Notes: a model not told the origin generated them from the sequence alone. A DNA stretch of 63,425 nucleotides, filler included, from Octopus bimaculoides (GCF_001194135.2; 5 parts of 4 records of this genome joined end to end with filler, not necessarily neighbours in it); one strand, 5' to 3'. Shown: positions 49,986 through 63,425, counted from the first letter of the whole stretch. Made by a program: numbers and translations.

Positions 49986-50890
49986 TATATATATATATAT
50001 ACATGTACACATACATGCACTCATTTTTTTCTTTCTTTCGTTTTAGTCTCTTATCCATGATTGCCCTCTCTCGTACTTCTTCCTCGAAGGAAAAGATAAC
50101 GTGTTCACAATCACACTCTCACACACACGCGCTGAAACCCGCACATATCCATCTCTATGCACATGGTCTGATATACATATATATATATATGTCTGTGTGT
50201 GTGTGCGCGCGCGTGTGTGCGTGCGTGCGTGTGAGTGTGTGTGTGTGTGTATGCGTACGTCCGTGTACGTGTGTGTAAAGTGAGAGAGACTGAAATAACA
50301 TATGAAGGACAGATAAAATGGAATGAGATTCCTTATTAATCACTATGATCGTTTCGACCCATCGTGCATCGGTCCTTTGCGGATGAGATTCTGTACCACT
50401 GGTTGTGGTGCATTATTCGGCGCAGTTGTGCCTCGTCAGGTAACTTTTCAAGAGGTGCTGCACCTATTAAGCCCAGTTTCGCTTATTTCGATTATAATTC
50501 ATTTCGTCATTTGCCTGCAGCTGATTATATATACATATATATTGTGCATATAGCGCTATACACACCCTTTAATATATCATGTATTGCTGGAAAGAATACT
50601 CGTGTGTGTAAGAAAAATACACATATGTACACATTGATCTGTATATGTATATGTGTCAGTATGTATGCTTATGAATGTGTTTATGAATGTGTTTATGCTT
50701 ATGTATGTGTTTATGTAGTAGTATATTTGTGTATAGCTTCATGGTTAGATGTTTGCTGCTAAACCACATGTGCCGAGTTCAGTCCCACTACGTGAAATTT
50801 TGAGTCCGTCCACCATACAGTGAAAATATTCTTGTTACCGGAACTACATCACGGATAATATTACAGTATGCATAGAGTAAGTGCATATAT

Positions 50891-51086
50891 ATATTGAGAA
50901 AAAAAAGTTGGCAGAATTTTGGAAAAAATCTTTTTACGTCTTCATTATTATTAGCGCTTTCGTACCTCTGTAAAATTAGTCAAATACAATTGTATTTGAC
51001 AAGTTCTAGGGAGGAACAAAAGCGCTAATAATAATGAAGAAATAAAAGAAGTTTTTTTTCCAAAATTCTGACTTTTTTCTCAATAT
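50891..51086. repeat. Fold-back element, ~75-bp arms, with central 22-bp perfect palindrome
   Basis: 50891-50967 vs 51012-51086; gtcaaatacaattgtatttgac at 50979-51000; GAAAGCGCTA on minus at 50952-50961. Confidence 0.8.
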
Positions 51087-51134
51087 TCAATTCTGACATC
51101 ACACCCAACACTATGCACACACACATATATATAC

Positions 51135-51165
<31 letters not shown>

Positions 51166-51269
51166 NNNNNNNNNNNNNNNNNNNNNNNNNNNNNNNNNNN
51201 NNNNNNNNNTTAATTAATTAANNNNNNNNNNNNNNNNNNNNNNNNNNNNNNNNNNNNNNNNNNNNTATA

Positions 51270-51313
<44 letters not shown>

Positions 51314-51511
51314 GTATTTATTTTCTCCTAATTAATAAATAACTCGGACAAAATAAATTGGTTAATAGATACCAGGGTAGCAAAGATCACAAAATGACTG
51401 TGGTGTAACTCCTGTTTATGAGGTAGAAACTCCTTGATATTTTGGGTACTTGAGTATATATAAGTTTAATGAATGTAGTTAACATATGCGTTTTACTCCA
51501 TTCATTAAATT

Positions 51512-51571
<60 letters not shown>

Positions 51572-52149
51572 TAGACAACCATAAATACATACATACATTT
51601 ATATATATACATCTATATATGTGTATACGTTTATATCTTAGTACATATGTATGAATATATGTATACATGTATGTTTTTGTGTATGTATGTACACATGTCT
51701 TGGGTATGACTTTAAACTGCATCCGTGGGGCTCTGGTTCAGGAGTTCTGGGCTTTTGAGGAATGTGGAACCATCTCTTAGCCTCTATTTTTAACAGGTCT
51801 ACTACAGCCCGGAGTGGCAGCACCTGTTAGGGACCAAAGTATGGGTTAACTAGCATGTGAACCAAAAGATGTGGTGGACGCCTGATTCGTTATAGGACTC
51901 TCTTCTAGAAGATAAACTCATATAAAAAGTCAGAAATGCAGTTGGTTTCTGGTAGTCTCAACTTCTGTTGTGCCATTAACGCGTAATTGCCTTGAAAGTG
52001 GGTTTCAGTGCTGTGCAGCACTTTATCCATCCAAAACAAATTCACACACGATAAATTCCGGAACTCCCGGAACTTTTGCATATATATACTGAGTTCAATA
52101 AGTCGTTTTACTCAGTGACGAGTTGTTTTGCACCATGTTTGTATGTTTG

Positions 52150-52521
52150 TGAGGCGCAATGGCCCAGTGGTTAGGGCAGCGGATTCGCGGTCATAGGATT
52201 GCGGTTTCGATTCCCAGACCGGGCGTTGTGGGTGTTTATTGAGCGAAAACACCTAAAGCTCCACGAGGCTCCGGCAGGGGATGGTGGCGAACACTGCTGT
52301 ACTCTTTCACCACAACTTTCTCTCATTCTTACTTCCTGTTTCTGTTGTGCCTGTAATTCAAAGGGTCAGCCTTGTCACACTGTGTCACGCTGAATATCCC
52401 CGAGAACTACGTTAAGGGCACACGTGTCTGTGGAGTGCTCAGCCACTTGCACGAGGGTTCCGTTGATCGGATCAACTGGAACCCTCGACGTCGTAAGCGA
52501 CGGAGTGCCAACAACAACAAA
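52150..52521 (+). mobile_element. Full-length tRNA-derived SINE family B with 10-bp TSD
   Basis: Head ggcgcaatggcccagtggttagg (A box), ggtttcgattccc (B box), (CAA)n tail; tgtatgtttg at 52140-52149 and 52522-52531. Confidence 0.9.
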
Positions 52522-53684
52522 TGTATGTTTGCACCTAAGTATCGATGTATCCATGTATATACGCAGGCATATTTCTATCCATGCATGTACGGACGTAAGT
52601 ATGTATGGATGCATGAAGGTATGTATTCATAGCAAACGTAGCTTGTTGCTTTGCACTGAGAGGCGTGCTATTCCGATATTTTACACTCCGGTAGCTCTTC
52701 AGCCTTTCACATAAACTAATCGAGGGTTCTTAACTCGCCTACATTGTAGAACTGATACAGGTTTTATAACTTTCGAAAGTCCACTGAAATTTTTCTAAAT
52801 AATTCCATGGCGTGTGATAGCTGACTCCAGTTTCCTATCACTCCATGTCTTGTGTATTAGTTTAAATTGATCATTTGATCACTGCTAAGATGACGCTTTT
52901 TTTGGTTACGAACTTTTTAACAAGCTGATATTAATGGCAAATGTATAATAAGTGGTTTTCATTACACGAAAGAATAGATAATCCTTCGAAGCCGAATTTA
53001 CGGAATTCGATGCCACCTCATTCTGTGGATATGTATATATGCATATATGCATGCAAGTTTATATGTATGCATATATACATATATACATACATGCATATAT
53101 ATATATATATATATATANNNNNNNNNNNNNNNNNNNNNNNNNNNNNNNNNNNNNNNNNNNNNNNNNNNNNNNNNNNNNNNNNNNNNNNNNNNNNNNNNNN
53201 NNNNNNNNNNNNNNNNNNNNNNNNNNNNNNNNNNNNNNNNNNNNNNNNNNNNNNNNNNNNNNNNNNNNNNNNNNNNNNNNNNNNNNNNNNNNNNNNNNNN
53301 NNNNNNNNNNNNNNNNNNNNNNNNNNNNNNNNNNNNNNNNNNNNNNNNNNNNNNNNNNNNNNNNNNNNNNNNNNNNNNNNNNNNNNNNNNNNNNNNNNNN
53401 NNNNNNNNNNNNNNNNNNNNNNNNNNNNNNNNNNNNNNNNNNNNNNNNNNNNNNNNNNNNNNNNNNNNNNNNNNNNNNNNNNNNNNNNNNNNNNNNNNNN
53501 NNNNNNNNNNNNNNNNNNNNNNNNNNNNNNNNNNNNNNNNNNNNNNNNNNNNNNNNNNNNNNNNNNNNNNNNNNNNNNNNNNNNNNNNNNNNNNNTATAT
53601 ACATGTGTTGTTGCTGGCATCCTTTTGTCTCGGGAGACAATGGAGTTGCGCATAAAATAATCTAGTCTGGTTTTTACATTTCAT

Positions 53685-54045
53685 GTCCTAATACATCTCC
53701 TGCTGTGGCTATGTAGTCTTATCCTGGACAAACACTCCCTCTGGCAGGTGCCGCAAATGTAGCGAAGACTTTGCCTGGCTGGTTGTAATGTCATAGTTTC
53801 TTGTCGACATCTTTTTCTTGTCTTTCCATTTCTCCTCTCTCCCTCTATCACTCCTTTGTGTTCCCTTTTCTATGGTGCGTCGCTAATCTCCACGGTTGCT
53901 GGCAACCGCTTCCCAGTTCCTAATACTGATGTCGCAGGCCTTCATGTCCCTTTTGCAAACAGTCTTTCCACAGACCTAGTGCCCCTAGCAAGCTCTCCGT
54001 AGAGTATGTCCTTGAGGATTCTGCCATCTTCCATACGACTAATAT
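53685..54045 (-). mobile_element. RTE-clade LINE C-terminal fragment
   Basis: Minus: RMEDGRILKDILYGELARGTR...CKRDMKACDI..WEAVASNR. Confidence 0.8.
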
Positions 54046-54087
54046 ATCATAGTCTTTGTGTGAGGAATGCTATGCATGTATATGTGC

Positions 54088-54126
<39 letters not shown>

Positions 54127-54363
54127 TGTATGTGTGTGTGCATTGGAGACGCGAGTCCAGGCAGGTTCTTATAGCATGCCTTGTGTCTCCAAGCAACTTC
54201 TAGGCTTTGAGCACATGGCGTATTCTATTTACAAATCATAATAAGTGCCAACGCACGAAACTCTCACCCCTTGAGTCACTCTGTAACTTTCTGCCGATTA
54301 TTAATAAAAATACATGTGTGTATATATATACACACACACATATATATATACGTGTGTTTGTGA

Positions 54364-54412
<49 letters not shown>

Positions 54413-54419
54413 TGCATAT

Positions 54420-54626
54420 ACTCTTTTACTCTTTTACTTGTTTCAGTCATTTGACTGCGGGCATGCTGGAGCACTGCCTTCAGTCGAGAAAATCAACCCC
54501 AGGAATTATTGTTTCTAAGCCTAGTACTTATTCTATCGGTCCCTTTTGCCCAACCGCTAAGTTACGGGGACGTAAACACACCAGCATCGGTTGTCAAAGG
54601 ATGGTGGGGGGACAAACACCGACACA

Positions 54627-54668
<42 letters not shown>
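54420..54668 (-). mobile_element. SINE family A tail plus (CA)n
   Basis: Near-consensus tail matching 1-110. Confidence 0.8.
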
Positions 54669-54768
54669 NNNNNNNNNNNNNNNNNNNNNNNNNNNNNNNN
54701 NNNNNNNNNNNNTTAATTAATTAANNNNNNNNNNNNNNNNNNNNNNNNNNNNNNNNNNNNNNNNNNNN

Positions 54769-55080
54769 TCATGAAATTAACGTGCAAGTGGCTGAGCACT
54801 CCACAGACATGTGTACCCTTAACGTAGTTCTCGGGGATATTCAGCGTGACACAGTGACAAGGCTGACCCTTTGAATTACAGGCACAACAGAAACAGTAAG
54901 TAAGAGTGAGAGAAAGCTGTGGTGAAAGAGTACAGCAGGGTTCGCCACCATCCCCTGTCGGAGCCTCGTGGAGTTTTAGGTGTTTTCGCTCAATAAATAC
55001 TCACAACGCCCGGTCTGGGAATCGAAACCGCGATCCTATGACCGCGAGTCCGCTTCCCTAACCACTGGGCCATTGCGCCT
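54769..55080 (-). mobile_element. SINE family B copy (3' end in gap)
   Basis: Reverse complement of 52153-52455. Confidence 0.85.
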
Positions 55081-55866
55081 CCACAATTCGGTGATAATCG
55101 AAGTAAAAACAGTAATAGAAGGCTGCCGCTGTGTTGCTTGCTTTAAGTTCGTGAAATTCTTCGTTCTCTATTCATGATAAACTGTTCAATAACAAAATTA
55201 ATTTTTAAAATGGTTGTAAGAAAATAATCATTCAGCTATTTATTGAAATGACTGGATGGAGAAAACTGAAATGACAGTGCCTGTGGGTTGTCTAGGTTAC
55301 TTGTGTGTGAGATCGAGATAATATGTAATACGACAGTGATGAATAAATATCTATCTGCAAGTTTTCATAAGAGAAATTTAAAGAATGGAGATTCATCATC
55401 TTTCTATTTTATAATAAACATAATCATTTTAAAAGATTAAATTTATATCTGAGAAGATGGTAGATTATGTTTTTAACGACTGTGTTGAGAAATGTGTCTG
55501 TGATTGTGTGTGTGCGTGAGTATGTGTGAATGTGTGTGTATGTGTTGTTCTACAAACATGCATACGTACATACACTCACATACATACATGCATACACGTA
55601 CTACATACATACATATATACATGCACACATATACATACAAACATGCACACACATACATATGCACATACACACACACATACACACACACATACACACATAC
55701 ATACTCTACATACATGCAAATATACATACATACACACGGAAGGTGAGAGTGAAAGGTGGGGAGATGGGGGGAGTTATGTTACAGACAGATTTCTCAAATA
55801 TTATAACCATGATTTCACTCCGTCCGTCCAACAGTTGACCTCACTTCAATGCAAGGCTTGTGTACT

Positions 55867-55897
<31 letters not shown>

Positions 55898-56563
55898 TTA
55901 TTTATTTATTTATTTATTTATTTGTTATATATTTATTTATTTATTTATTTATTTTACTGATACCAAGAAGTTACCCCAATCAACAACGCAATGTTCCATC
56001 TGGCATTGGACAACCTGTCACTGGTTAGCTCAATCTTCAAGAACCTGTTTCCTGCCATAAGAATGATATGGAATATTAGTTATGAGCGCAAAGAGCCACC
56101 AAAAGTATCTCTCCACGCTCTAAAAATTTCACCAAATCAGCCATGCCGGTCTGATACTTTTATTTTTATCAATCTACTGATAAAATGTCGTGTTAAACAG
56201 GACTATTGATTAAATTTATTACTCAACAAAAAGAATGATCTTTTCAGTAACGGTTCTTCACGCATTTTATTTTGGTGAAGCCAAGTATTTATGAATGATA
56301 AAGCGTGCGATGGATTTACTCTACCACCGAAGAATTGAGAACGGAAAAATTTCGATTAAATACTACAAGTTATTTCTTCTTACTCTCCAACAATTTACCG
56401 AATACGCTGTGCTGGACTCCGACATGATGAAATAGTATGTTTAACCTTGACGGTATTTGAATTGAAAGCTCGGAGATGCTGGCGAAGCAACTACCGCACT
56501 ATCGACCTTTATCGACCTGCCAGTTCACTTCCTGTTACCCTTTCAACCATTGATTATATTCAT

Positions 56564-56598
<35 letters not shown>

Positions 56599-56907
56599 GT
56601 AAAGAAGAACAGTTTAGATGGAGCAGAAGCGATGGCATTTTCAATGAGGTCTGTCCAGATGATGTTCTATTCTTGTAGGTTCTTATGACAATGGTGAGTA
56701 TGTGAACGAGGAGGGGATTTTCACGGGGCCCCAGTTGCCACAAGGCTGGCCGAGTCAGCCAAGCGTGCAGTGAGATTATTTAAGTGGACGCAGTAACAAT
56801 GTTGTAAGGCTTTAAGGTAATCTCATCTTGTTTATCAAGAGGTACATTATTTAATCTTCTCCTCATACACATATAAAGAAATATGCTCACGCAACTAAAC
56901 ATAGAGA

Positions 56908-56910
<3 letters not shown>

Positions 56911-56991
<81 letters not shown>

Positions 56992-57010
56992 TATAGACAG
57001 AGAGAGAGAG
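56911..57010. repeat. (AG)n/(AGAC)n compound microsatellite
   Basis: Directly visible. Confidence 0.95.
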
Positions 57011-58180
57011 AGGGGGGACATTAAAACGTCTGATGACAAATAAGTGAGTGCCCAATCAGTGACGCCAAATAGGCGACGCCATAACAGCTGCACCAAACGT
57101 CTCCGACTCGTCTCACGGGATAATAGTTAACTTGCGTACAAGACATCTGCAGGAATCTCTTCGCAGTCTTTCAAGACTAGTCGAAGTATCAACCAATTCT
57201 TTTTAAAAAATACATCCAGCACATCTCTCTTATTCCACTGTCGCATCATTCAAGGATCAGTAGTGATTATGTACAAGTATCAATTTCTGAAACATCCCGA
57301 GTACAGACATTGTTTTATGGTTAATAAGCTCAACTCATAAATAAGTGATTTCGGGTTCAATGTTAATACTTTCCGCCTTGGTATCATGTGTTCCACCAAT
57401 GCTTCAGCTTTCTGCATTCCGAGTTTGAATATTTCCAGTGGCCAACTGCACCTTCCAGGGTCGACGAAATTAAGTACCTGTCCATTCGAGGTGGTTGATC
57501 AAGAGAATTATTAGAGCGTATTTATTCTGGCTCTTTGTGTTTTTCTGAGTTCTTCATTAGCAAATTTAATACGTCGTGCAGTTTATCTCTTACAAATATT
57601 TTAGTTTGACCAAAGCTTTGTGAGAAAAATTCACAAGGCTTTAGTTGTGTCTGTTCTTAGATTGTAGACTGACTCCGTTACCCGGTTTAATACGACCACC
57701 TGGCCATTGGGTACCTTTAGTGAAGTCTAGTCCGTTGCAAACATTCGGATTAGATATCTAGTTTGAAAATAGCTTTCTCCTTTCATCCCACGATCTCAAA
57801 AAACATTGCCTTTTCACTTTTGACTTGGTAATTAAAAATAAATAGACGAATTGATAAAATACGCCAAACCCCAGTTCTTATGCCAGACATAATACTCTCT
57901 CTACTCACCCATTTGCTTCATTGGATGTAGTTTGATTAAATTACAAGAATTCAAGCATTGACCAATCCATACTATGGTGGAAACCAAATCTGCCCTTGCC
58001 AAGAAGTGTGTAAGAATCATCATAAAACGTGTTTAGAAATCAGAAACACGCAGATGATCAGCTGGTTGTTCATCATATGCTAAAACGATACACGGTCGGG
58101 TTTCAAATTGAATTAACACTCGCGAAAACAAAAACTGGCGAGTAAAAGAAATAAGGAAAAACGTAACAATGTATCGCACG

Positions 58181-58239
<59 letters not shown>

Positions 58240-58569
58240 ACGTACGTACGGTTAATTAATATTTCAACTGAAGCTAGATGTACGTTTACATTCTCCATAA
58301 TTATTCTCAAAATATTCTTTGTTATTTAGAATCAGCGATTTATTGGTAGTGGAAATATGCAAAACAACAACACTAATTTACCTGTCTATCTCGTTACCGT
58401 TTCTTTCTCTTGTTTCTTACTTTCTCTCCTGACTTTCGTTCTGTCTTTTAATTTGTATACATTTTGCCTATTTACCATTCTTTTCCAGCTCCATTTAGTT
58501 ACTTTTTCTTGTCTTTGACTCCTTCCTCTGTTTCTCTTTTAATCTTTCTATCGATCGATCTCTCAATTT

Positions 58570-58570
58570 C

Positions 58571-58645
<75 letters not shown>

Positions 58646-58965
58646 GTCTGTCTGTTTGTCTGCTAGCCTACCTGCATTCATGCATGCCGGCTTACCTCTC
58701 TGTATGTCTGTGTATCCAATTTCTCCTACCTTTTCCTTACTTTCTGTGTGTAGGAGGGGGTACGCGCGCGTGTATATATGTATGTATGCATGTATGTCTG
58801 TATGTATGTATGACCGTATGTATGCATATACATGTATGTATGTATATACATGTGTGTATGTATGTATGTATGTATGTATGTACGTACGTACGTACGTATG
58901 TATGTATGTATGTATGTACGTATGTATTTACGTATTTACGTATTTACGTACATATGTATATATAC
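58570..58965. repeat. (TCTA)n and (TATG/TACG)n compound microsatellite region
   Basis: Directly visible. Confidence 0.9.
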
Positions 58966-59809
58966 CTACTATTGAGATTAAACATCTGTAAGTCAGAAGC
59001 TGCAAGGAAAAAGATCGTTGGCAGGAAGGGTATTTCAGACGTAAGGAGGAAATGGTAAAGGTGATTAATGGAGGGCCAGGAAGGAGAGACTTGGTTTTTA
59101 TACGAGAGAAAGGGAAGCAGATGTGTTAGATGGGCTTCACTTTGAGGAGATATGAAGATATCTAGTTCAGATGAGTAGAGACAGTTGTAACAGTGATAGA
59201 AAATAAATGGAGAAGGTACAGTATACCTGTGAGCCAGAGACGTCTGCAATTTGATTTCACTTCCCGCCTAGGTCATTTATGCCTTTCGCCCTTTCCCGGT
59301 CGATAAAATATAGTACGAATTGATTACTGTGATCGATGGAATTAACCAACGAGCCGAAGTTCCTCAAAATCTTTTTTGGGGGGCTATTCCAAAATTCGAA
59401 GAATGTTTTGTTGTTTTTTTTTGTTGTTTTTTTTTGTTGTTTTTTTTTCCATTTCCGACAATTAGTGTTAGTATAATTAACTGAAATAGCAACAATCCAA
59501 ACTTGATCCTACGAGAAATGTATTTTGTAGTAATTCACTCATGTCTTTTGTAAATAAATTCAAGAACGGTTCCATTTTCCCCCTCTCTATGTATTCAGTA
59601 ACAGAGTAAAAAGGAATTGTCTTCGCATATTGATCGTTTTAAAAACTTAGTCTGTCTTGAGATTTCTCCAGAGATCTACGAGATTATTTTCTTTGTAGAT
59701 ATCAGTATAGAAAGCTTGGTTTTTATTTCAACTATATCGACACAAACAGTAAACATTTCACTTTTATGTCTAAAAAAGAAATCATAGCTATGAATTAATT
59801 TCTTACACC

Positions 59810-60290
59810 AAATACGTGGGCCCCACATTTGAGAGAAAGGAACGGTCGGTTATTTTCACCCAGTACTTGATGGAGTTTTATTTTTGTCGATCCCGAAGGA
59901 ATAAAATGCAAAGTGATTTCGTCTGGATCTGAACGTTTGTCTTTTAATTATTTCAGTCATTAGACTGACTGCTACCATGGTTGGGTACTGTCACGAAGGT
60001 TTTTAGTCGAAAAAAGTCGATTCCAGTACTTATGCTTTCTTGTTTTGTTTTGTTTTTGTTTCTTTTTTTAAAGTCTGGTACTTATTCTATTAGTTTCTTT
60101 TCTCCTGAATCTAAGTTAGGCGGATGTAAGCAAACCAACATTGGTTGCCAAGCAGTGGTGGAAGACAAATAAGCACACACATACACATATAAGTGTCTGT
60201 CGGGCTGAGGCTACAGTAGAAGACACTCGACCAAAATTCCACTCAGTGAGGGCGGGGGGACCCGGAATCATGTAGCTGGCAAACAAATTT
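59810..60290 (-). mobile_element. SINE family D fragment followed by decayed SINE family A
   Basis: gatcccgaaggaataaaatgcaaagtga (family D, reverse); cagtcattagactg...gaggctacagtagaagacac (family A, reverse). Confidence 0.6.
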
Positions 60291-60612
60291 TTTACGCCTA
60301 TTAAATGAAACCTACTCTGCTGGGCATCCAACTGGGGGTATTTATACTTACCACTATAGTACCGAGTAAAGAACAGGAACAAAACCAAGGTCTCAAGAGA
60401 AAACATGGCAGCATTTCAAAAATATTTTTTACTTTTAACAAAACATAATATTTTAACAGTTATCCATTTTTCTATTTCTTAAAAAATATATTTGTTCTAG
60501 ATATTTGTTGATNNNNNNNNNNNNNNNNNNNNNNNNNNNNNNNNNNNNNNNNNNNNTTAATTAATTAANNNNNNNNNNNNNNNNNNNNNNNNNNNNNNNN
60601 NNNNNNNNNNNN

Positions 60613-61085
60613 AAACGTCGCAGTAGAACTCTGGGTTGACAGTCTGGCCCCGGAAAACAAATTCTCGATGCACAATATCATATTTTCGGGAGTGACACTC
60701 GCGCAGGTTTTCCAGATCGCCCATCGACTTCCAGAGATGTTCTTCCGCTTTTAAAGTGCCACTCGAAACATTGCGTACGACCCATTGCCTCGTCGCTGTA
60801 AGCTTACCGAAGCATGATCAATGTCTCTGTTGCAGACATCTTAAGTTTAACGCAAAATTTTATGTTGGCTCTATGTTCCAACTTCCTGCCCATCGCAAAA
60901 TTCGCAGACTACAGCATACACGTGATCACAAAAACACAAATTTCACAACTTGCGAACACAGCAATGTCACTTGGCACACTGCCTCATGAAGGTCACTGCT
61001 AACTCTCACTATGTGTGCAACCGTGTGCTGCCATCTGTTGGCGCGCTACAGAACTAGTCCGGGAACTTTTAGATATTACTTCGTA
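60613..61085 (-). mobile_element. Mariner 5' portion, internally deleted
   Basis: TIR tacgaagtaatatctaaaaagttcccggac on minus; MGRKLEHRANIKFCVKL...FEWHFKSGRTS...GRSG, then IVHREFVSRGQTVNPEFY in another frame. Confidence 0.8.
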
Positions 61086-61172
61086 TGTAACGTACTTAAC
61101 CTGTACCTTTGTACTAACCGTGTTGTATAATAATTATGTACCTAAGTGACATGATGTCGCGTTCGTTTCTAT

Positions 61173-61523
61173 CTGAGGTTTCTCAACGATTTTTTAAACT
61201 ATGGACCCCTTTGATTACTATTTTATTCTGGTGGACCCCCATAGCCATCTAATGTTGAAAAACTAGCTTTAGAGAAACTTCTTTCAATTTTTTTTTCCAC
61301 ACATTAACTCTGGTAAGTTGAATTATGTAAACTTAGAGACAGAAGCCTAGCTGTTTCTTGTAATACATACCAATACATACATCCAAAGCGAAATATTTTC
61401 AAGGCCCCTTAAAATATTATTGTGGCTCCCCAATTTACTATTTTGTTACGTCCCTCCCCACCACCACCACCAAATCTTATATGGACCTTCATGCGCCTTA
61501 TGGACCCTGGTTGAGGACCACTG
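61173..61523. mobile_element. hAT (Charlie-like) non-autonomous element
   Basis: Degenerate TIRs ctgaggtttctcaac / gttgaggaccactg with subterminal tggacccc motifs; TSD not clean. Confidence 0.55.
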
Positions 61524-61761
61524 GTCTATAAGCTGAATTCAAAATGGCGCCAATGCAGATTTCGTGCTTCGTTTATCGGGTACGGTATAATAACGTACCA
61601 CTCGTCAACTGCTGTCACTGTAATCGACTTTATTCTCCCCGCCGAATGTATTAGCATGTAAATCTTACAAATGAATACATACATACATACATACATACAT
61701 ACATACATACATAACTTTTAACTTTTTAAAAAATATATTACTGTTTTTAATTCATAACTGG

Positions 61762-63210
61762 ATATACGTATATATAAAATTAATATAAACAGTAAGTTGC
61801 AATGTTTCACCGAAAAAGACAATTATAATTGTCACTAAATGTGACTAGGTGTTAAGAGAAACATGCATTGTATAACAGTGGGATTGTTATAACGGCTGAT
61901 TGGGTACCACTTTTATAATGTGGTATATTATCTTATTTATATGGTTTCTACTGGGATAGATAAATAGTTTATTCCTTGAGTAAAAATCTACAATGATAAA
62001 CCCGTCACTTATAACTTGATTATAAGTATTATCACTATACATAAATCTCAAATCAAGCTACATAAATGCCCTAGTGAAATATATATATATCAAGACGCTT
62101 AAGGTCATGTTGAATGTGCATCTATGTTGAAGAAATGTTCGCGTTCTTTTTCACCGCAATAAGAACAGTTTCATAAATGCAGAAGTAAATTTCATTAACA
62201 GGTTGGAAAGAAGTGAAGAAAAAGAAAATATTTACTACATTGGTTTATTTATGTATACTATTAAACCTTGGAAGAGGCATTATGCCGGTAATAAGCACAC
62301 GCACTGGTTCGGTCCTAACCAGTGCGTGTGTTTATTACCGGCATAATGCCTCTCCCAGGGTTTAATAGTATTTCTTTCAACACACGTATTCACATCAAGA
62401 ATCTTGCACACCAAATACACATACAAAATTATTTATGTATATTTAATATTTACAGTACATTTGGAAGTAAGGCACTTTGTCGTAGAGAGATACGACATAA
62501 ATGTATTACTACCTAATTCCTTCGTACTAACTATCAGAGTTTACACAACAATTTCAAATAAGTCTTGTTGGGTTTGAGTAATTGACATGGCACAAAAATA
62601 GCCAACATCTCAAAGGAGTGAGCGTCGTGGAGTTCAGTAACAAGCAACGATCACTAGGGTGAGTGTTGTGGAGTCTATTGACAACCAACGAACACTGATT
62701 AATTTCCCCAAAATCGGGGTTTTTATAACTGTTCATATCTGAATTCTAAGAACTGTATTTCGTGAAAGAATTCTCTTTGTCGAAAGTTTAGAATTCAAAT
62801 ATGGGCAGTAATTTTAACCAATGGGAAGCCAACAATTATACTTGTTCGGGCAACAGGACCATTACGTCATATTACCACCTTTTACGACTTGCTTGCTGTT
62901 CGCTACAATTGCTAGAAATAAGAGCTAAAATACTCTAATGCTGTAATTAATGCACATGAATGAAAACATACTCTAACAGGAACCTGAATCGTCCGAAAAT
63001 TTTCTCGGTCGGCATTTTTCGGACGCTTATGGTCCGTTAGTGTATATGTTTTCATTCATCTGTCTTAACTACAGCATAAGGGCATTTTAACTCTTATTTC
63101 TAGCAATGTAGGTGTTTCTTAACACCCTAGTCACATTTAGTGAGAATTATAATTCTCTTTTTCGGTGAAACATTGCAACCTGCTGTTTATGATTTTATAT
63201 GTATGTATAT
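61762..63210. mobile_element. Long palindromic MITE interrupted by a ~1.04-kb insertion
   Basis: 61785-61870 pairs with 63105-63190, and 62908-63000 pairs with about 63013-63107. The left arm is split at attg (61867-61870 / 62908-62911). Confidence 0.75.
62255..62371. repeat. Near-perfect hairpin, 55-bp arms, 7-nt loop
   Basis: 62255-62309 vs 62317-62371; one mismatch and two G:T pairs; loop cggtcct. Confidence 0.9.
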
Positions 63211-63232
63211 GCAATTATATACATACATGCAT

Positions 63233-63295
<63 letters not shown>

Positions 63296-63371
63296 CATAC
63301 ACACACACTCACAGAGACACGCACACACACACACACATATACATACATATATTTATATATATATATACAAG

Positions 63372-63403
<32 letters not shown>

Positions 63404-63425
63404 AGTATATATATATATATATGTA

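Noticed and set aside
52153-52225. tRNA-like sequence (also 55010-55080 and the heads of other SINEs)
   Set aside because: It has A/B boxes but continues into a SINE body with tail and TSD; no complete cloverleaf.

Overview
Eukaryotic, AT-rich, gap-ridden and repeat-dominated DNA. The SINE families, microsatellite load and LINE/DNA-transposon mix suggest an octopod cephalopod genome; this is an inference from recalled repeat consensus, not a database result. No intact host gene can be supported, and most long ORFs in the track are artefacts of N runs or microsatellites. Recognisable content is decayed mobile DNA: several tRNA-derived SINE families, LINE fragments (RTE, CR1/L2, R4/Dong), three Penelope-like (PLE) GIY-YIG fragments, Tc1/mariner remnants including a nearly full-length Tc1 with an apparent spliceosomal intron, a Helitron 3' end with a PIF1 helicase fragment, and hAT-like remnants and MITEs. 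The most interesting signal is a set of otherwise unrelated fold-back (palindromic) elements at 4.8, 14.6, 23.6, 50.9 and 62.3 kb. Their arms contain, or turn at, minimal type I hammerhead-ribozyme motifs with a palindromic helix III (the dimer-type HHR known from PLEs). Further stand-alone HHR-like motifs occur, some with an unusual CUGUUGAA core.
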